Assembly (NCBI GenBank): GCA_049642725.1 | Contig: JBARPC010000004.1 | Coordinates: forward strand, 27,052-91,051 | Origin: Minisyncoccales bacterium | GTDB taxonomy: Bacteria > Patescibacteriota > Minisyncoccia > Minisyncoccales > JAGMDC01 | Reading direction: 5' to 3' | Length of the DNA stretch: 64,000 nucleotides | Shown: positions 18,335 through 28,156 of the stretch, piece after piece | Position numbering within the stretch: position 1 is the first letter of the stretch | Layout: each line of letters starts with the position of its first letter | Notes under the pieces: generated by a model | Told to the model about the DNA's origin: nothing | Databases searched by the model: none | Seen by the model: only the letters and a program-made list of their open reading frames with translations | Made by a program: the position numbers and the translations under genes

Positions 18335-19774
18335 TCACTTAGATTTACTCTCTACGACTTTAATATGTAATTCTTTTAATTGTTCGTTAGTAACATCACT
18401 GGGTATCTCCATCATTAAGTCGCGGTTGTCCCCTGTTTTTGGAAAAGCTATTACTTCTCTAATATTCGGTTCGTTTAAGACCACTGCTAAAAATCTATCA
18501 ATTCCCGGAGCAATTCCTGCATGAGGCGGCACTCCATAACTAAATGCCTCAAAATAGTTTTTGAACTTCTTTTTAATATCTGTTTTTTTGTGGCCTAAAA
18601 CTTCAAAAACAGCAGTAAGAACATCTAAATTTGTATTTCTAATACTTCCTCCGCCAATTTCATAACCGTTTAAAACAAAATCATATTGAAAAGCTAAAAT
18701 TTTCTCTGGATTTCTCTTCATTTTTTTAATATCTTCTGTTTGCGGTTTAGTAAAAGGATGGTGCTGGGCTCCCCACTTGCCTGCCGAAGTAGCTTGCCCT
18801 GAGCCTGCCGAAGGGTGCCATTCAAACATAGGAAAATCAGTAATAAATGCGAATGCTAATTCATTTGGGTCTTTTTTATTTCTACGGAGATCCGGTTTAT
18901 CGCTTTTATGTTTTTCCATTGCTTTTTTATACGTTATTCTGGGAAAAGGGATTTTTGTAATTCTTTTTTCCGGAAATATCTTTTTTACTAATGCTATGTA
19001 TAGCTTTTCTATTAAATTCAAAATTTCTTCCTGCTCATCTATAAATGACATTTCAATATCTAATTGCGTATGCTCTGCCTGCCTGTCGCCGCGCGGGTCT
19101 TCGTCTCTTAAACATCTGGCAATTTGAAAATATTTTTCAATGCCTGCTACCATTAAAAGTTGTTTATATTGCTGTGGGCTTTGAGGCAAGGCATAAAATT
19201 TTCCCGGCTGGTTTCGCGAAGGCACTAAAAAGTCCCTGGCTCCTTCCGGTGTTGATTTTGTTAGAATCGGTGTTTCAATCTCTGTAAAACCTTGTTCAAT
19301 TAAATACTCTCTCATAAAATGAATAACTTTCTGGCGGGTTTTTAAATTATTCTGCAACCGTTCTCTTCTTAAATCCAAATAACGATATTTTAACCGCTTT
19401 TCTTCGTTTATTTCAAAACCAGAGTTTTCAATAGAAAAAGGCAGGGTTTTTGCCTTTGATAATATCTTTAAATTCTTTACTTTGATTTCTATGTTTCCAG
19501 TAGCAATTTTAGGGTTGAGCATCCCTTTTGGTCTTTTATTTACAAGACCCTCTACTTCAATTACCCATTCCGGCCTCATTGCCTGGGCTACAATATTTTT
19601 TTCAAATTCTGGTCCGAAAACCATTTGAATCAAACCAGAACTATCTCTTAAATCAATAAAAATAATCTTGCCATGGTCCCTCCGCGAGTTAATCCAACCA
19701 GCGAGTTTGACTTCTTGATTATGATATTTAATTGTTTCAGCAGACAATATCCGTTTCATTTTTTTATTATACAT
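18335..19774 (-). CDS. aspS: Aspartyl-tRNA synthetase, short form lacking the GAD insertion domain
   Basis: Class IIb motifs FEIETPILTKSTPEGARDFLVPS and QSPQQYKQLLMVAGIEKYFQIARCLRDED. C-terminal GLDR motif. Only 479 aa. Confidence 0.9.
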   Translation of the reverse strand: MYNKKMKRILSAETIKYHNQEVKLAGWINSRRDHGKIIFIDLRDSSGLIQMVFGPEFEKNIVAQAMRPEWVIEVEGLVNKRPKGMLNPKIATGNIEIKVKNLKILSKAKTLPFSIENSGFEINEEKRLKYRYLDLRRERLQNNLKTRQKVIHFMREYLIEQGFTEIETPILTKSTPEGARDFLVPSRNQPGKFYALPQSPQQYKQLLMVAGIEKYFQIARCLRDEDPRGDRQAEHTQLDIEMSFIDEQEEILNLIEKLYIALVKKIFPEKRITKIPFPRITYKKAMEKHKSDKPDLRRNKKDPNELAFAFITDFPMFEWHPSAGSGQATSAGKWGAQHHPFTKPQTEDIKKMKRNPEKILAFQYDFVLNGYEIGGGSIRNTNLDVLTAVFEVLGHKKTDIKKKFKNYFEAFSYGVPPHAGIAPGIDRFLAVVLNEPNIREVIAFPKTGDNRDLMMEIPSDVTNEQLKELHIKVVESKSK

Positions 19775-21516
19775 TAAATTTTAAATTGTAGCGAGTAGAA
19801 TTTAAAATATCTACCTTTCTTTTTAATTAATTCTTTATGTATTCCTTCTTCTACTATTTTTCCTTTTTCTAAGACCAATATTTTGTCAGCGTTTCGGACA
19901 GTGCTTAAACGATGAGCAATGATAAAAGTCGTTCGATTTTTTATCAACTTTTCCAATGCGCTCTGAACCAATCTTTCTGATTCCATATCTAAAGAAGAAG
20001 TAGCTTCATCTAAAATTAGGATTTTAGGATCACGGATTAAAGCCCTGGCAATTGCCAAACGCTGTTTCTGGCCAGTAGAAAGCTTAATACCGCGTTCCCC
20101 TACTAATTGTTCATATTTCTTGGGAAATGCTTCTATAAAATTATGAGCGTTGGCAGCTTTTGCCGCCTCTATAATTTCTTGGTCAGTTGCGTTTGGCTTT
20201 CCATAAAGAATGTTATTTTTAACAGTATTATTAAATAAAATTATCTCTTGTGGCACATAAGCAATAATTTTTCTTAAAAACGAAAGGTTTAATTTCTTAA
20301 TATCTACGCCATCAATTAAAATTTTTCCTTGTGTCGGCATAAAATAAAGAGAAATCAAATCTACTAAAGTAGTTTTTCCTTCTCCGCTTCCGCCCACAAT
20401 TGCGATTTTTTTGCCGGCATCGGCTTTAAGACAAATATCTGTTAAAATCGGTTGTTTCTTTTTATATCCAAAACTAACATTTTTGAATTCAACTTCGCCT
20501 TTTGCTTGTTCTAAGATTTCTCCCTCTGAGTTGTAATTTTCCGGCTTGATTGATAGTAATTCTTTTACTCTTTTGATTGTAGTTATTCCTACTCGGAACT
20601 CTTCCCACTGCCAAGCTAAATTATGCAAAGGTCTGCGTAAAATATTTAAGTAACCCAAAAACATTATTAATTTTCCAACTGTAATCATATTTTCCATTAA
20701 AAGTAAAAGGGATAATCCAAATATGCCAATAAAACCAAGAGAAAAGAAAATATTTTGCCAAAGAGATAAAGAATTCCATAACCTAAAATAATCCTTAAAA
20801 ACTGGCCCTAATTTTTGATGATAATCTTTTTGAGTTCTTTGTCTTTGAAAACTTTCCACAGCGCAAGATTTAATTGTTTGAATATTTAAAAACGCATCAT
20901 AAAGATTTCCTGAAACATCCTCAGCAGTTTTGTTTATTTTTTTCTGTACTTCAATAATAGGTCTGGTTTTATAAAGGGTAATTGTAATGAAACCAAAAAA
21001 TAGAAAAGATATCCCTAAACCTAATCGCCACTCTACAAAAAATAAAATCGCAATTCCAACAAAAACAGTAAGAAATTGCGGGAGTGACCAAAAAACAATT
21101 GAATTAATAATCATTCTGATACGAGAAGAGCTTCTTTCAATCTTTGAAAATATACTCCCAATACTTTTTTCTTTATGAAATTTTAATGGAAGCTCTATAA
21201 TATGCCCAGCGCTTTCACAAACTAAATCATTAGACGCATCAATACTTAAAAAACTTCCTCCCTGGTTTACGGTTCTGGTGAAAAAAGCAGCAATGATACT
21301 CATTAACACCCAAATTCCTAAAAGGACAAAAACAAAATCTAAACTAAATACCTCTACAGAAACAGCATCTACTAATCTGCCGTAGATATAAGGAACGAAA
21401 GCTGTGATCGTTGAACTTATAACAGCTAAAACAGCGAGTTTTCTAACCTCTTTTTTGTACTTCCTTAAATATTCCCAGATAATTTTGAATTCTTGAATAA
21501 TTTCCATATTTAACAA
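19774..21516 (-). CDS. ABC transporter, fused permease/ATPase exporter (MsbA-like)
   Basis: Six N-terminal TM helices. Walker A GGSGEGKTT, signature LSTGQKQR, Walker B ILILDEATS. Confidence 0.85.
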   Translation of the reverse strand: MLNMEIIQEFKIIWEYLRKYKKEVRKLAVLAVISSTITAFVPYIYGRLVDAVSVEVFSLDFVFVLLGIWVLMSIIAAFFTRTVNQGGSFLSIDASNDLVCESAGHIIELPLKFHKEKSIGSIFSKIERSSSRIRMIINSIVFWSLPQFLTVFVGIAILFFVEWRLGLGISFLFFGFITITLYKTRPIIEVQKKINKTAEDVSGNLYDAFLNIQTIKSCAVESFQRQRTQKDYHQKLGPVFKDYFRLWNSLSLWQNIFFSLGFIGIFGLSLLLLMENMITVGKLIMFLGYLNILRRPLHNLAWQWEEFRVGITTIKRVKELLSIKPENYNSEGEILEQAKGEVEFKNVSFGYKKKQPILTDICLKADAGKKIAIVGGSGEGKTTLVDLISLYFMPTQGKILIDGVDIKKLNLSFLRKIIAYVPQEIILFNNTVKNNILYGKPNATDQEIIEAAKAANAHNFIEAFPKKYEQLVGERGIKLSTGQKQRLAIARALIRDPKILILDEATSSLDMESERLVQSALEKLIKNRTTFIIAHRLSTVRNADKILVLEKGKIVEEGIHKELIKKKGRYFKFYSLQFKI

Positions 21517-21598
21517 AGTTTGACTTTTTGGGCAATGTATGTTATGTTTTAATTAGCAGATAAAATGTAAATAAGGATAAAAATAAGAGGGATGAAAA

Positions 21599-22135
21599 AT
21601 GAAAGTTTTAATAACTGGAATTGGGATTACCGGGAAAAGCACTTTGCGAAGACTATTAAGCGACATCCTTTCTAAAACCGGAGTAGATGTAAAAGATTTT
21701 GAAACTGATTACGAAAAAATTCCGAAAATTTCGAATAACTTTTTTGAAAATACGATTTATCTCATAGAGGATGTTCATGGGACTTTGTCAAAAGAAGCAG
21801 TGTTGCCCTTAAATTCGTATGACCTGATTCTATATGTCCAGCCATTAGTGATTTCCCATATTCTCTTTTGGGTAAATAGAATGATTTCTTGGTTTAAGAC
21901 AGGACAGTATTCGTGGGATAAAAATTATGGTTGGTATGGCACTAACAGATCATATGACTTTCATAATATTGTTCCGATATTTAGAGCGTTTCTGCATGAT
22001 TTCAAAAATCGGAGAAAATGGATTTCCAGTGACTTGAAGAAAATTGCTCCATTCCCTTATATGGTAGTCCGTTCCCGGTGGACCTATAATGGAATCGAAT
22101 TCAGTATTCGAAAAAATATTAACCACCTTGAATGA
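21599..22135 (+). CDS. P-loop NTPase-like hypothetical protein
   Basis: N-terminal GIGITGKST Walker A-like motif. Confidence 0.4.
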   Translation: MKVLITGIGITGKSTLRRLLSDILSKTGVDVKDFETDYEKIPKISNNFFENTIYLIEDVHGTLSKEAVLPLNSYDLILYVQPLVISHILFWVNRMISWFKTGQYSWDKNYGWYGTNRSYDFHNIVPIFRAFLHDFKNRRKWISSDLKKIAPFPYMVVRSRWTYNGIEFSIRKNINHLE

Positions 22136-22147
22136 TTTTAAATGATT

Positions 22148-23146
22148 TCAGGTGGTTCTTTTTATTATATTTTCAATTTTCATTTTATTTTTATCAAGCA
22201 TTCCAATAAGTCCATCTTCGAAAACTGAATACCAGGCGAATTTTTCATCCTCTTTATCTTTTGTAACTTCTATATACCGCCAGTAAAAAGATAATCCCCT
22301 TTCCAAAACAGCAAATTTTACAGCATCAAATAAATATCTTTTTTCTAAAGCAGTAATTTTACGTTTACTATTGTATCCCTTTAATAAGGCCTTGAAATTA
22401 CTATTACTCCATTTTTTCCAATTATCTATAAAACACCATCCTCTTATTGCCTGTCCTAAATCCAGAATTAGCTTTCCGTAATAACAGCGGTCAAAGTCAA
22501 TAACGCAGGATATCTTATCATTTTTCCAGAGGATATGCCGTTGGCCCAAGTCCTCATGAATCATTCCTTTGGGTAAATTATTTGGAAAATGTAATTTTGA
22601 GAACTCTTGTTCCGCTCTTTTTATAAATTGTGATTTATTCTTAATATCACTTTTTAAAACTATTTTTTTCAACTCTTCAAAATTTTTCTTCGTTTTTTCT
22701 AAATCCCAGATGTGCATTCTTTTATTTTTTGTCTTATATCCTTCTATCAATTTATGAAACCTACCAATTAAACTGCCAAAAATTTCTACTTGGTTTAATG
22801 TTGGTGTTAAATAAGCTATGCCTTTATTGTAATGCCGTAAATAACCAAATTTGTTATTCCACGCGATAATACAGGAATTATCTTTTTTACAAACAGGCGC
22901 TGGAGCCGGGAATTTATTTTTCAAAAGATAATCAATGAGTTCAAGCTCGGCTGCAATTTCTTGTTTTGAGCGCCAACGTTCTCTTTCTGGGCAAATTCTT
23001 AAAATGAATTTTTCCTTAGTTGTTAATATCAAAAAGGTTATATTACCACTTGTTGCTAATGGTTTAATTGTAATAATAGAACCTAAATTATAATCTGATA
23101 ATATTTTTCTAACAACTTTTTTAGAAAAAACAGGTTTCTTTAACAT
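22148..23146 (-). CDS. Phosphotransferase-family kinase (APH/choline-kinase-like fold)
   Basis: Brenner/catalytic motif IHEDLGQRHIL followed by VIDFD (DFG-like). Confidence 0.6.
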   Translation of the reverse strand: MLKKPVFSKKVVRKILSDYNLGSIITIKPLATSGNITFLILTTKEKFILRICPERERWRSKQEIAAELELIDYLLKNKFPAPAPVCKKDNSCIIAWNNKFGYLRHYNKGIAYLTPTLNQVEIFGSLIGRFHKLIEGYKTKNKRMHIWDLEKTKKNFEELKKIVLKSDIKNKSQFIKRAEQEFSKLHFPNNLPKGMIHEDLGQRHILWKNDKISCVIDFDRCYYGKLILDLGQAIRGWCFIDNWKKWSNSNFKALLKGYNSKRKITALEKRYLFDAVKFAVLERGLSFYWRYIEVTKDKEDEKFAWYSVFEDGLIGMLDKNKMKIENIIKRTT

Positions 23147-23240
23147 TATTTACTATATCAAAATAGATGTCAAAAATAAAGCCCCGCTTCCAAATAGGAC
23201 AAACGAGGGCTTTAAAGATTCTTAATCAAAACATTCAATC

Positions 23241-23375
23241 TAAACTCCAGGAGTTGGAGGTGCTTGCGATGTTGGTCCTTGAGGCAGGTTTCCGCCTTTC
23301 TTTTTTTTCATCAAAATGAATCCGGCTACTGCTACTACCACAAGAATTAAAATTATCCAAGTAAGAGTTTCCATA
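23241..23375 (-). CDS. Small single-TM protein (44 aa, hypothetical)
   Basis: Hand-translated METLTWIILILVVVAVAGFILMKKKKGGNLPQGPTSQAPPTPGV. No clear SD. Low confidence. Confidence 0.25.
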
Positions 23376-23479
23376 TTAATTAAGATAATTATTTAATAAA
23401 CTCTACGACCTTTTTAAGGGCTTTCTTGTCTGCCCAAATCGATTATTTTATTATCCCATTATAACACCATATCATCTTG

Positions 23480-24844
23480 TCAAACAATAGCTATCTGTGG
23501 ATAACTTAATTTATAGATATCCCCTGCTCCCATTATAATGAGAATTTCTTTGTCTCTTAAATTCTTTTTTAAATAAGCCGCTGTTTGCTTAATAGATGAA
23601 ATATATTTGACATTTCTTGTCATAGCAAAATTTGTCAAGTTGTTTTTTATTTCTTCAACTAATTTTTCTGAACTAACTTTGCTTTTAATTTTTTTCTCTT
23701 CCCTACCAGCCACATCATAGATGTCTGTAATAATTAACCTATCAATCCAATTTTTATCTATTGCTTGCTTAAAAACTTTAACAAAATCATTAAATAAATA
23801 ATATGTTCTTTGATATTGATGGGGCTGAAAAACACACCAAATTTTCTGTTTGGAAAACTTTTCCCTGCATGCTTTTAAGGTTACTTTTACTTCTGTTGGA
23901 TGATGAGCATAGTCCGAAATAATAAATAATAAATGATTATTGATAGTTGTTTTTTTTATTTCAAAACGGCGCCATGAACCTTTATATTCTGACAATACCT
24001 TATAACTAACCTTATCTGGAATTTTTAAAGTTCTAGCTATACTCAAAGCGGCTAAAGCATTATAAATATTGTGTTCCCCAGGCACCTTTAAAATTTTTTT
24101 TAGTTTCTCGGTATCCTTTTGTTTTATAGAAAAACTTCTTTTTTGTACTTGAATATGTAGTTTTGAAATATTCTTATCTTCTCTATTCGTAATTAGTATC
24201 CCATTTTTTGGTAAATGCGAAACAAACTTTTCAAAAGCTTTTAAGATATTCTTTAAGTTTTTATAATAATCCAAATGTTCTTTTTCAATATTGGTAATAA
24301 TAGCAATTTTAGGCCAATAATTCAAAAATGATTCTTCATATTCGCAGGCCTCAATAATTAAATATTTACTCTTGCCCATGCGAAAATTTGAATTCTTAAA
24401 TTCTTTAACTTTTGTTCCAACAATTACTGTTGGGTCCAATCCAGCTTTAATTAAAATCAAAGCAGTCATTGCTGTGGTTGTGCTTTTTCCGTGAGTGCCG
24501 GTTATGGCAATAGTAAAGTATTTTTTTGTTAATTCTCCCAAAGCTTCTGGATAAGATAAACATTTAATGCCCAATTTTTTCGCCTCTTTTAATTCTGGAT
24601 TATCTTCCTGAACTGCCGGGCTATAAATTACTTTTAAAAATTTATCTTTTTCTCTACCTATAATTTTTGTCAAATTTTTAGCATTATGGGCTCCAATAAA
24701 AATTTTTGGTCCCTGCTTTTTTAATTTTTCAGTGATTTCTGAAGAAACCAAATCAGAACCAGAAACTTGCTCGCCTATTTCTAAATAATATTGAGCTAAA
24801 GCAGAAATGCCTATTCCGCCGATACCGATGAAATGAATTTTCAT
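23480..24844 (-). CDS. murC: UDP-N-acetylmuramate--L-alanine ligase
   Basis: MKIHFIGIGGIGISALAQY N-terminal motif. Mur ligase P-loop GTHGKSTTT. Confidence 0.9.
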   Translation of the reverse strand: MKIHFIGIGGIGISALAQYYLEIGEQVSGSDLVSSEITEKLKKQGPKIFIGAHNAKNLTKIIGREKDKFLKVIYSPAVQEDNPELKEAKKLGIKCLSYPEALGELTKKYFTIAITGTHGKSTTTAMTALILIKAGLDPTVIVGTKVKEFKNSNFRMGKSKYLIIEACEYEESFLNYWPKIAIITNIEKEHLDYYKNLKNILKAFEKFVSHLPKNGILITNREDKNISKLHIQVQKRSFSIKQKDTEKLKKILKVPGEHNIYNALAALSIARTLKIPDKVSYKVLSEYKGSWRRFEIKKTTINNHLLFIISDYAHHPTEVKVTLKACREKFSKQKIWCVFQPHQYQRTYYLFNDFVKVFKQAIDKNWIDRLIITDIYDVAGREEKKIKSKVSSEKLVEEIKNNLTNFAMTRNVKYISSIKQTAAYLKKNLRDKEILIIMGAGDIYKLSYPQIAIV

Positions 24845-25437
24845 AATTTTACGCTTTCTAAAATCGCATACTCCGCTCCCCCACGTTTTAATCTGCTTTC
24901 CATTATTTCAATTGAATTTACTGGAAAGTCTAAAGAAATTTCTTCGTCTATTTCTGGTGTTTCTTCTGGTTCTATTCTTCTCCATTCCCAAACTCTAATT
25001 CTGCCCAAGGTAATATGAGGTGAAAAAACCCTATTTTCTGAAGTAAAATTAATCCCTGAATCAATTAAGGACTTTTCTAAGTCGTTTTTCAAATCAGTTA
25101 ATTCTTTTATTCTTTCTCCTGCTACCCAAACCATTCTTGGAGGTATTTTTTTAGGGGGGCCATAGCAAATTCTATTCAAATTTATAGAAAAGGACTGATG
25201 TCGTACAGCAATTTCTTTAACAGTTTTATTAATTTCTAAAATCTCTTGATTATTCAGATTACCAAGAAAAATTAAGGTAATATGAAGATTGTCTGATTTT
25301 ACCCATTTAATAGGTAAATTCGGCCATTTATCCTGATAACTTAAAAGTTCTCTTTTTATATTTTCAGGCAGATTTATAGCAATAAAAATCCTTTTCATCA
25401 TTAGTTTTAATGTATCAGAATCTTGACTTTGTTTCAA
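24841..25437 (-). CDS. thpR: RNA 2',3'-cyclic phosphodiesterase / 2'-5' RNA ligase (2H phosphoesterase)
   Basis: Two H-x-T-x motifs (HITLIFLG and HITLGRI). Confidence 0.85.
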   Translation of the reverse strand: MKQSQDSDTLKLMMKRIFIAINLPENIKRELLSYQDKWPNLPIKWVKSDNLHITLIFLGNLNNQEILEINKTVKEIAVRHQSFSINLNRICYGPPKKIPPRMVWVAGERIKELTDLKNDLEKSLIDSGINFTSENRVFSPHITLGRIRVWEWRRIEPEETPEIDEEISLDFPVNSIEIMESRLKRGGAEYAILESVKL

Positions 25438-25451
25438 GGTTTTAGTATGAT
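25423..25451 (+). promoter_or_regulatory. Sigma70-like promoter candidate (TTGACT-N17-TATGAT) upstream of the TFB-like gene
   Basis: Hexamers and spacing read directly from the sequence. Overlaps the divergent thpR start codon. Confidence 0.4.
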
Positions 25452-25497
25452 GAGAAAAGAGTTTTGTTATTTAAAAATAGAAAAATTGGTGATAAAA

Positions 25498-26556
25498 ATG
25501 AGCGTAGAAGCTAAAGAAAGATTGAGAGATAATAACGCATCTATTGTCCAGAATAATTATTATAATATAGGCGATGATACAGACATAGAAGGTCCAAATA
25601 GAATAAGAAAATGCCCTGAGTGCAGTTCTAAATGTTTGGTAAAGGATTACAAAAAAGCAGAGATTTTTTGCGCTGATTGCGGTATGGTAATAGCAGAAAA
25701 TATCATAGACCTCGGTCCCGAATGGCGCGCTTTTGACCCTGAACAGACATTAAAAAAGACAAGAGTTGGAGCTCCGATGACTTATAGAATACACGATAAA
25801 GGATTGGGTACTGTTATAAACTGGGGTTCGCCGAGTAAAGAGCAATACAAGTTAAAGAAATTGCATAAGCTGACATATATTACTAAAACAACCGAAAAGA
25901 GCTTTATTTTCGCTCTTTCAGAGATAGACCGTATGGCATGCGCGCTTAAACTACATGTGAATATCATAGAAAGAGCATCTATGTTATACCGAAAGGCGAT
26001 GAAGAAACATTTGATACGCGGAAGAAGCATAGAAGCTTTGACTACCGCTCTCTTATACATTGTCTGCAGACAATACGGAGTGCCGCGAACACTGGACGAA
26101 ATTACAGAATTTTCAAGAGTTAGAAAGAAAGAAATAAGACGAGCGTATTTCTTTCTCTTGCGGGAGCTTGATTTAAAGGTTTCGCCTGCTTCTCCTGTTG
26201 ACTTCGTGCCTCGTTTCTGCTCCTTGCTTAATTTAGGTGGTGATATAAGAGCAAAAGCAATAGAGATAATAAAGAAGGCGGCGGAAACGGAATTGACCAA
26301 TGGGCGAGGGCCGATAGGGATAGCAGCAGCGGCTATTTACATTGCTGCGATTTTAAGCGGTGAGCATCAAAGCCAAAGCGAAATAGCAAAAGTATGCGGC
26401 ACAACACCAGCAACGATAAGAACCAGATATAAAGAAATGACAGTATTGTTAGAAGAGGATACGCTTCCCTTTCTCTGTTCCGATGGACGCGTGTGCAGAG
26501 TACTAAAGGAGAATTCCGAACAAAAAAATATTCTGGACAAAAAACAAAAAATATAG
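25498..26556 (+). CDS. tfb: Transcription initiation factor IIB (TFB/TFIIB) homolog: N-terminal zinc ribbon plus two cyclin-fold repeats
   Basis: CPECSSKCLV...CADCG zinc ribbon. ENIIDLGPEWRAFD B-reader/linker. FALSEIDRMACALKL...IRGRSIEALTTALLYIVCR (cyclin 1) and GRGPIGIAAAAIYIAAIL...IRTRYKEM (cyclin 2) align closely with archaeal TFB. GC and codon usage are visibly shifted from the neighbours. Confidence 0.85.
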   Translation: MSVEAKERLRDNNASIVQNNYYNIGDDTDIEGPNRIRKCPECSSKCLVKDYKKAEIFCADCGMVIAENIIDLGPEWRAFDPEQTLKKTRVGAPMTYRIHDKGLGTVINWGSPSKEQYKLKKLHKLTYITKTTEKSFIFALSEIDRMACALKLHVNIIERASMLYRKAMKKHLIRGRSIEALTTALLYIVCRQYGVPRTLDEITEFSRVRKKEIRRAYFFLLRELDLKVSPASPVDFVPRFCSLLNLGGDIRAKAIEIIKKAAETELTNGRGPIGIAAAAIYIAAILSGEHQSQSEIAKVCGTTPATIRTRYKEMTVLLEEDTLPFLCSDGRVCRVLKENSEQKNILDKKQKI

Positions 26557-26607
26557 GGAATTTGATTTTCCCTGTTTTTTTTACAAAATAATGATAAGAT
26601 AAAAGTA

Positions 26608-27507
26608 GTGAAAGAAGCAATATTATACAAAAAACTTAAAAATAAAGAGGCAGAGCAATTCAACAGGGTGAAATGCCAAAATTGCGCTCATTATTGTGTT
26701 ATTAAGCCAGGCCAGCGAGGAATTTGCGGAGTAAGAGAAAATATCGGCGGTAAATTATATGCTCTCAATTATAACAAAGCAATTGCTCTAAATATTGACC
26801 CGATTGAAAAGAAACCATTATATCGCTTCCTGCCCGGCACACAGTCATTATCTGTAGCTACCGTCGGATGTAATTTTAGATGCGCAAATTGCCAAAATTA
26901 TGATATTTCTCAAATTCCACAGCTCATTGGAAAAATTGAAGGAGAAAACTTGCCTCCAAAAGAAATTGTCAAAATTGCTAAAAAAAATAATCTGCCTTCT
27001 ATCTCTTATACATACACCGAACCAGCTATTTTTTCAGAATATGCTTTAGATACAATGAAATTAGCCAAAAAGCAAGGAATAAAAAATGTCTGGGTCAGTA
27101 ATGGTTTTTGGTCAAAAGAATTATTTGATTTGATTTCACCTTATTTAGACGCAGCTAATATTGATTTAAAAAGTTTTTCTGATGAGTTTTACAGAAAATA
27201 CTGCGGCGGCCGACTTGAGCCTGTTTTAGACACTTTAAAAAGATTAAAAAAGAAAAAAATCTGGATTGAAGTTACAACTTTGATTATTCCTACTTTAAAT
27301 GATAATGAAAAAAATCTAAAAAATATTGCTGATTTTATTAAAAAAGAATTAGGAGCTGGAATACCTTGGCATATCAGCCGATTTTCAGGAGCAATTTCTT
27401 GGAAACTTCAACACTTGCCAGATACTCCGATTGAAACTCTTAAAAAGGCAGAACAAATCGGCAAAAAATCTGGTTTAAAATATATTTATCTCGGTAATAT
27501 TCTATGA
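26608..27507 (+). CDS. Radical SAM enzyme, AmmeMemoRadiSam-system type (AmrS-like)
   Basis: CNFRCANCQNY CX3CX2C radical SAM motif and an N-terminal extra Cys cluster CQNCAHYC. Gene context with AMMECR1 and the LigB/Memo-like gene. Confidence 0.8.
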   Translation: MKEAILYKKLKNKEAEQFNRVKCQNCAHYCVIKPGQRGICGVRENIGGKLYALNYNKAIALNIDPIEKKPLYRFLPGTQSLSVATVGCNFRCANCQNYDISQIPQLIGKIEGENLPPKEIVKIAKKNNLPSISYTYTEPAIFSEYALDTMKLAKKQGIKNVWVSNGFWSKELFDLISPYLDAANIDLKSFSDEFYRKYCGGRLEPVLDTLKRLKKKKIWIEVTTLIIPTLNDNEKNLKNIADFIKKELGAGIPWHISRFSGAISWKLQHLPDTPIETLKKAEQIGKKSGLKYIYLGNIL

Positions 27508-28115
27508 TTTCTTTTGCTTGTTTTTCTCCTCATCCTCCGCTGCTTTTGCCTGAAGTTGGTTCTCCAGAGGATAGAGAAAAAGTTAAAAAAACAATTGAAA
27601 ATTTGAAGTTTTTAGGAAAGAAACTAAAGGCAACTAATCCTGATACTATTATTATTTCCTCTCCTCACCCGGACTGGGGTTTTGATGTTCCTCTTTATTT
27701 TTTAAATCCTAAACAACGTATTCCAAGCAGACAATTATTTATTCCTGACAAAACCCCTGATTTTTATTATGAAAGAGGAAAACAATTTTATAATAAATTA
27801 GAAAAAGATAAAAAGTATGCTTTAATCGCTTCTGGTGATATGTCTCATTGCCTTAAAGAAAATGGTCCTTATGCTTTTCATCCTGACGGGCCGAAATTTG
27901 ACAAAGCCCTGATTGAATACCTAAAGAAAAAAGATATTAAAAGCTTTTTTAAATTAGACGAATATTTTCCAAATGCCGGTGAGTGCGGTTTGCGTTCATT
28001 CTCTTTTATTTTAGGAATTTTAGACGCCTCAAGCATAGATTGGCAGCCAGAAATCCTGTCTTACGAATCCCCTTTCGGCGTCGGCTACCTTGTTGTAAAT
28101 TTCAAATTACGATAA
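27504..28115 (+). CDS. LigB/Memo-superfamily (class III extradiol dioxygenase-like) protein
   Basis: Starts at the amrS stop (4-nt overlap). Size and His/Asp-containing motifs are consistent with the LigB/Memo fold. Assignment is partly by context. Confidence 0.55.
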   Translation: MISFACFSPHPPLLLPEVGSPEDREKVKKTIENLKFLGKKLKATNPDTIIISSPHPDWGFDVPLYFLNPKQRIPSRQLFIPDKTPDFYYERGKQFYNKLEKDKKYALIASGDMSHCLKENGPYAFHPDGPKFDKALIEYLKKKDIKSFFKLDEYFPNAGECGLRSFSFILGILDASSIDWQPEILSYESPFGVGYLVVNFKLR

Positions 28116-28121
28116 TTTCGC

Positions 28122-28150
28122 TTGACATTGGCCATAAAATTTGCTATTTT
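28122..28150 (+). promoter_or_regulatory. Promoter-like TTGACA-N17-TATTTT preceding a candidate ncRNA
   Basis: Read in the intergenic region after 28115. Confidence 0.3.
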
Positions 28151-28156
28151 GATAGT

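Noticed and set aside
26333-26663. Minus-strand ORFs overlapping the TFB 3' end and the amrS start
   Set aside because: Antisense to two motif-supported genes, with hydrophobic low-complexity translations.
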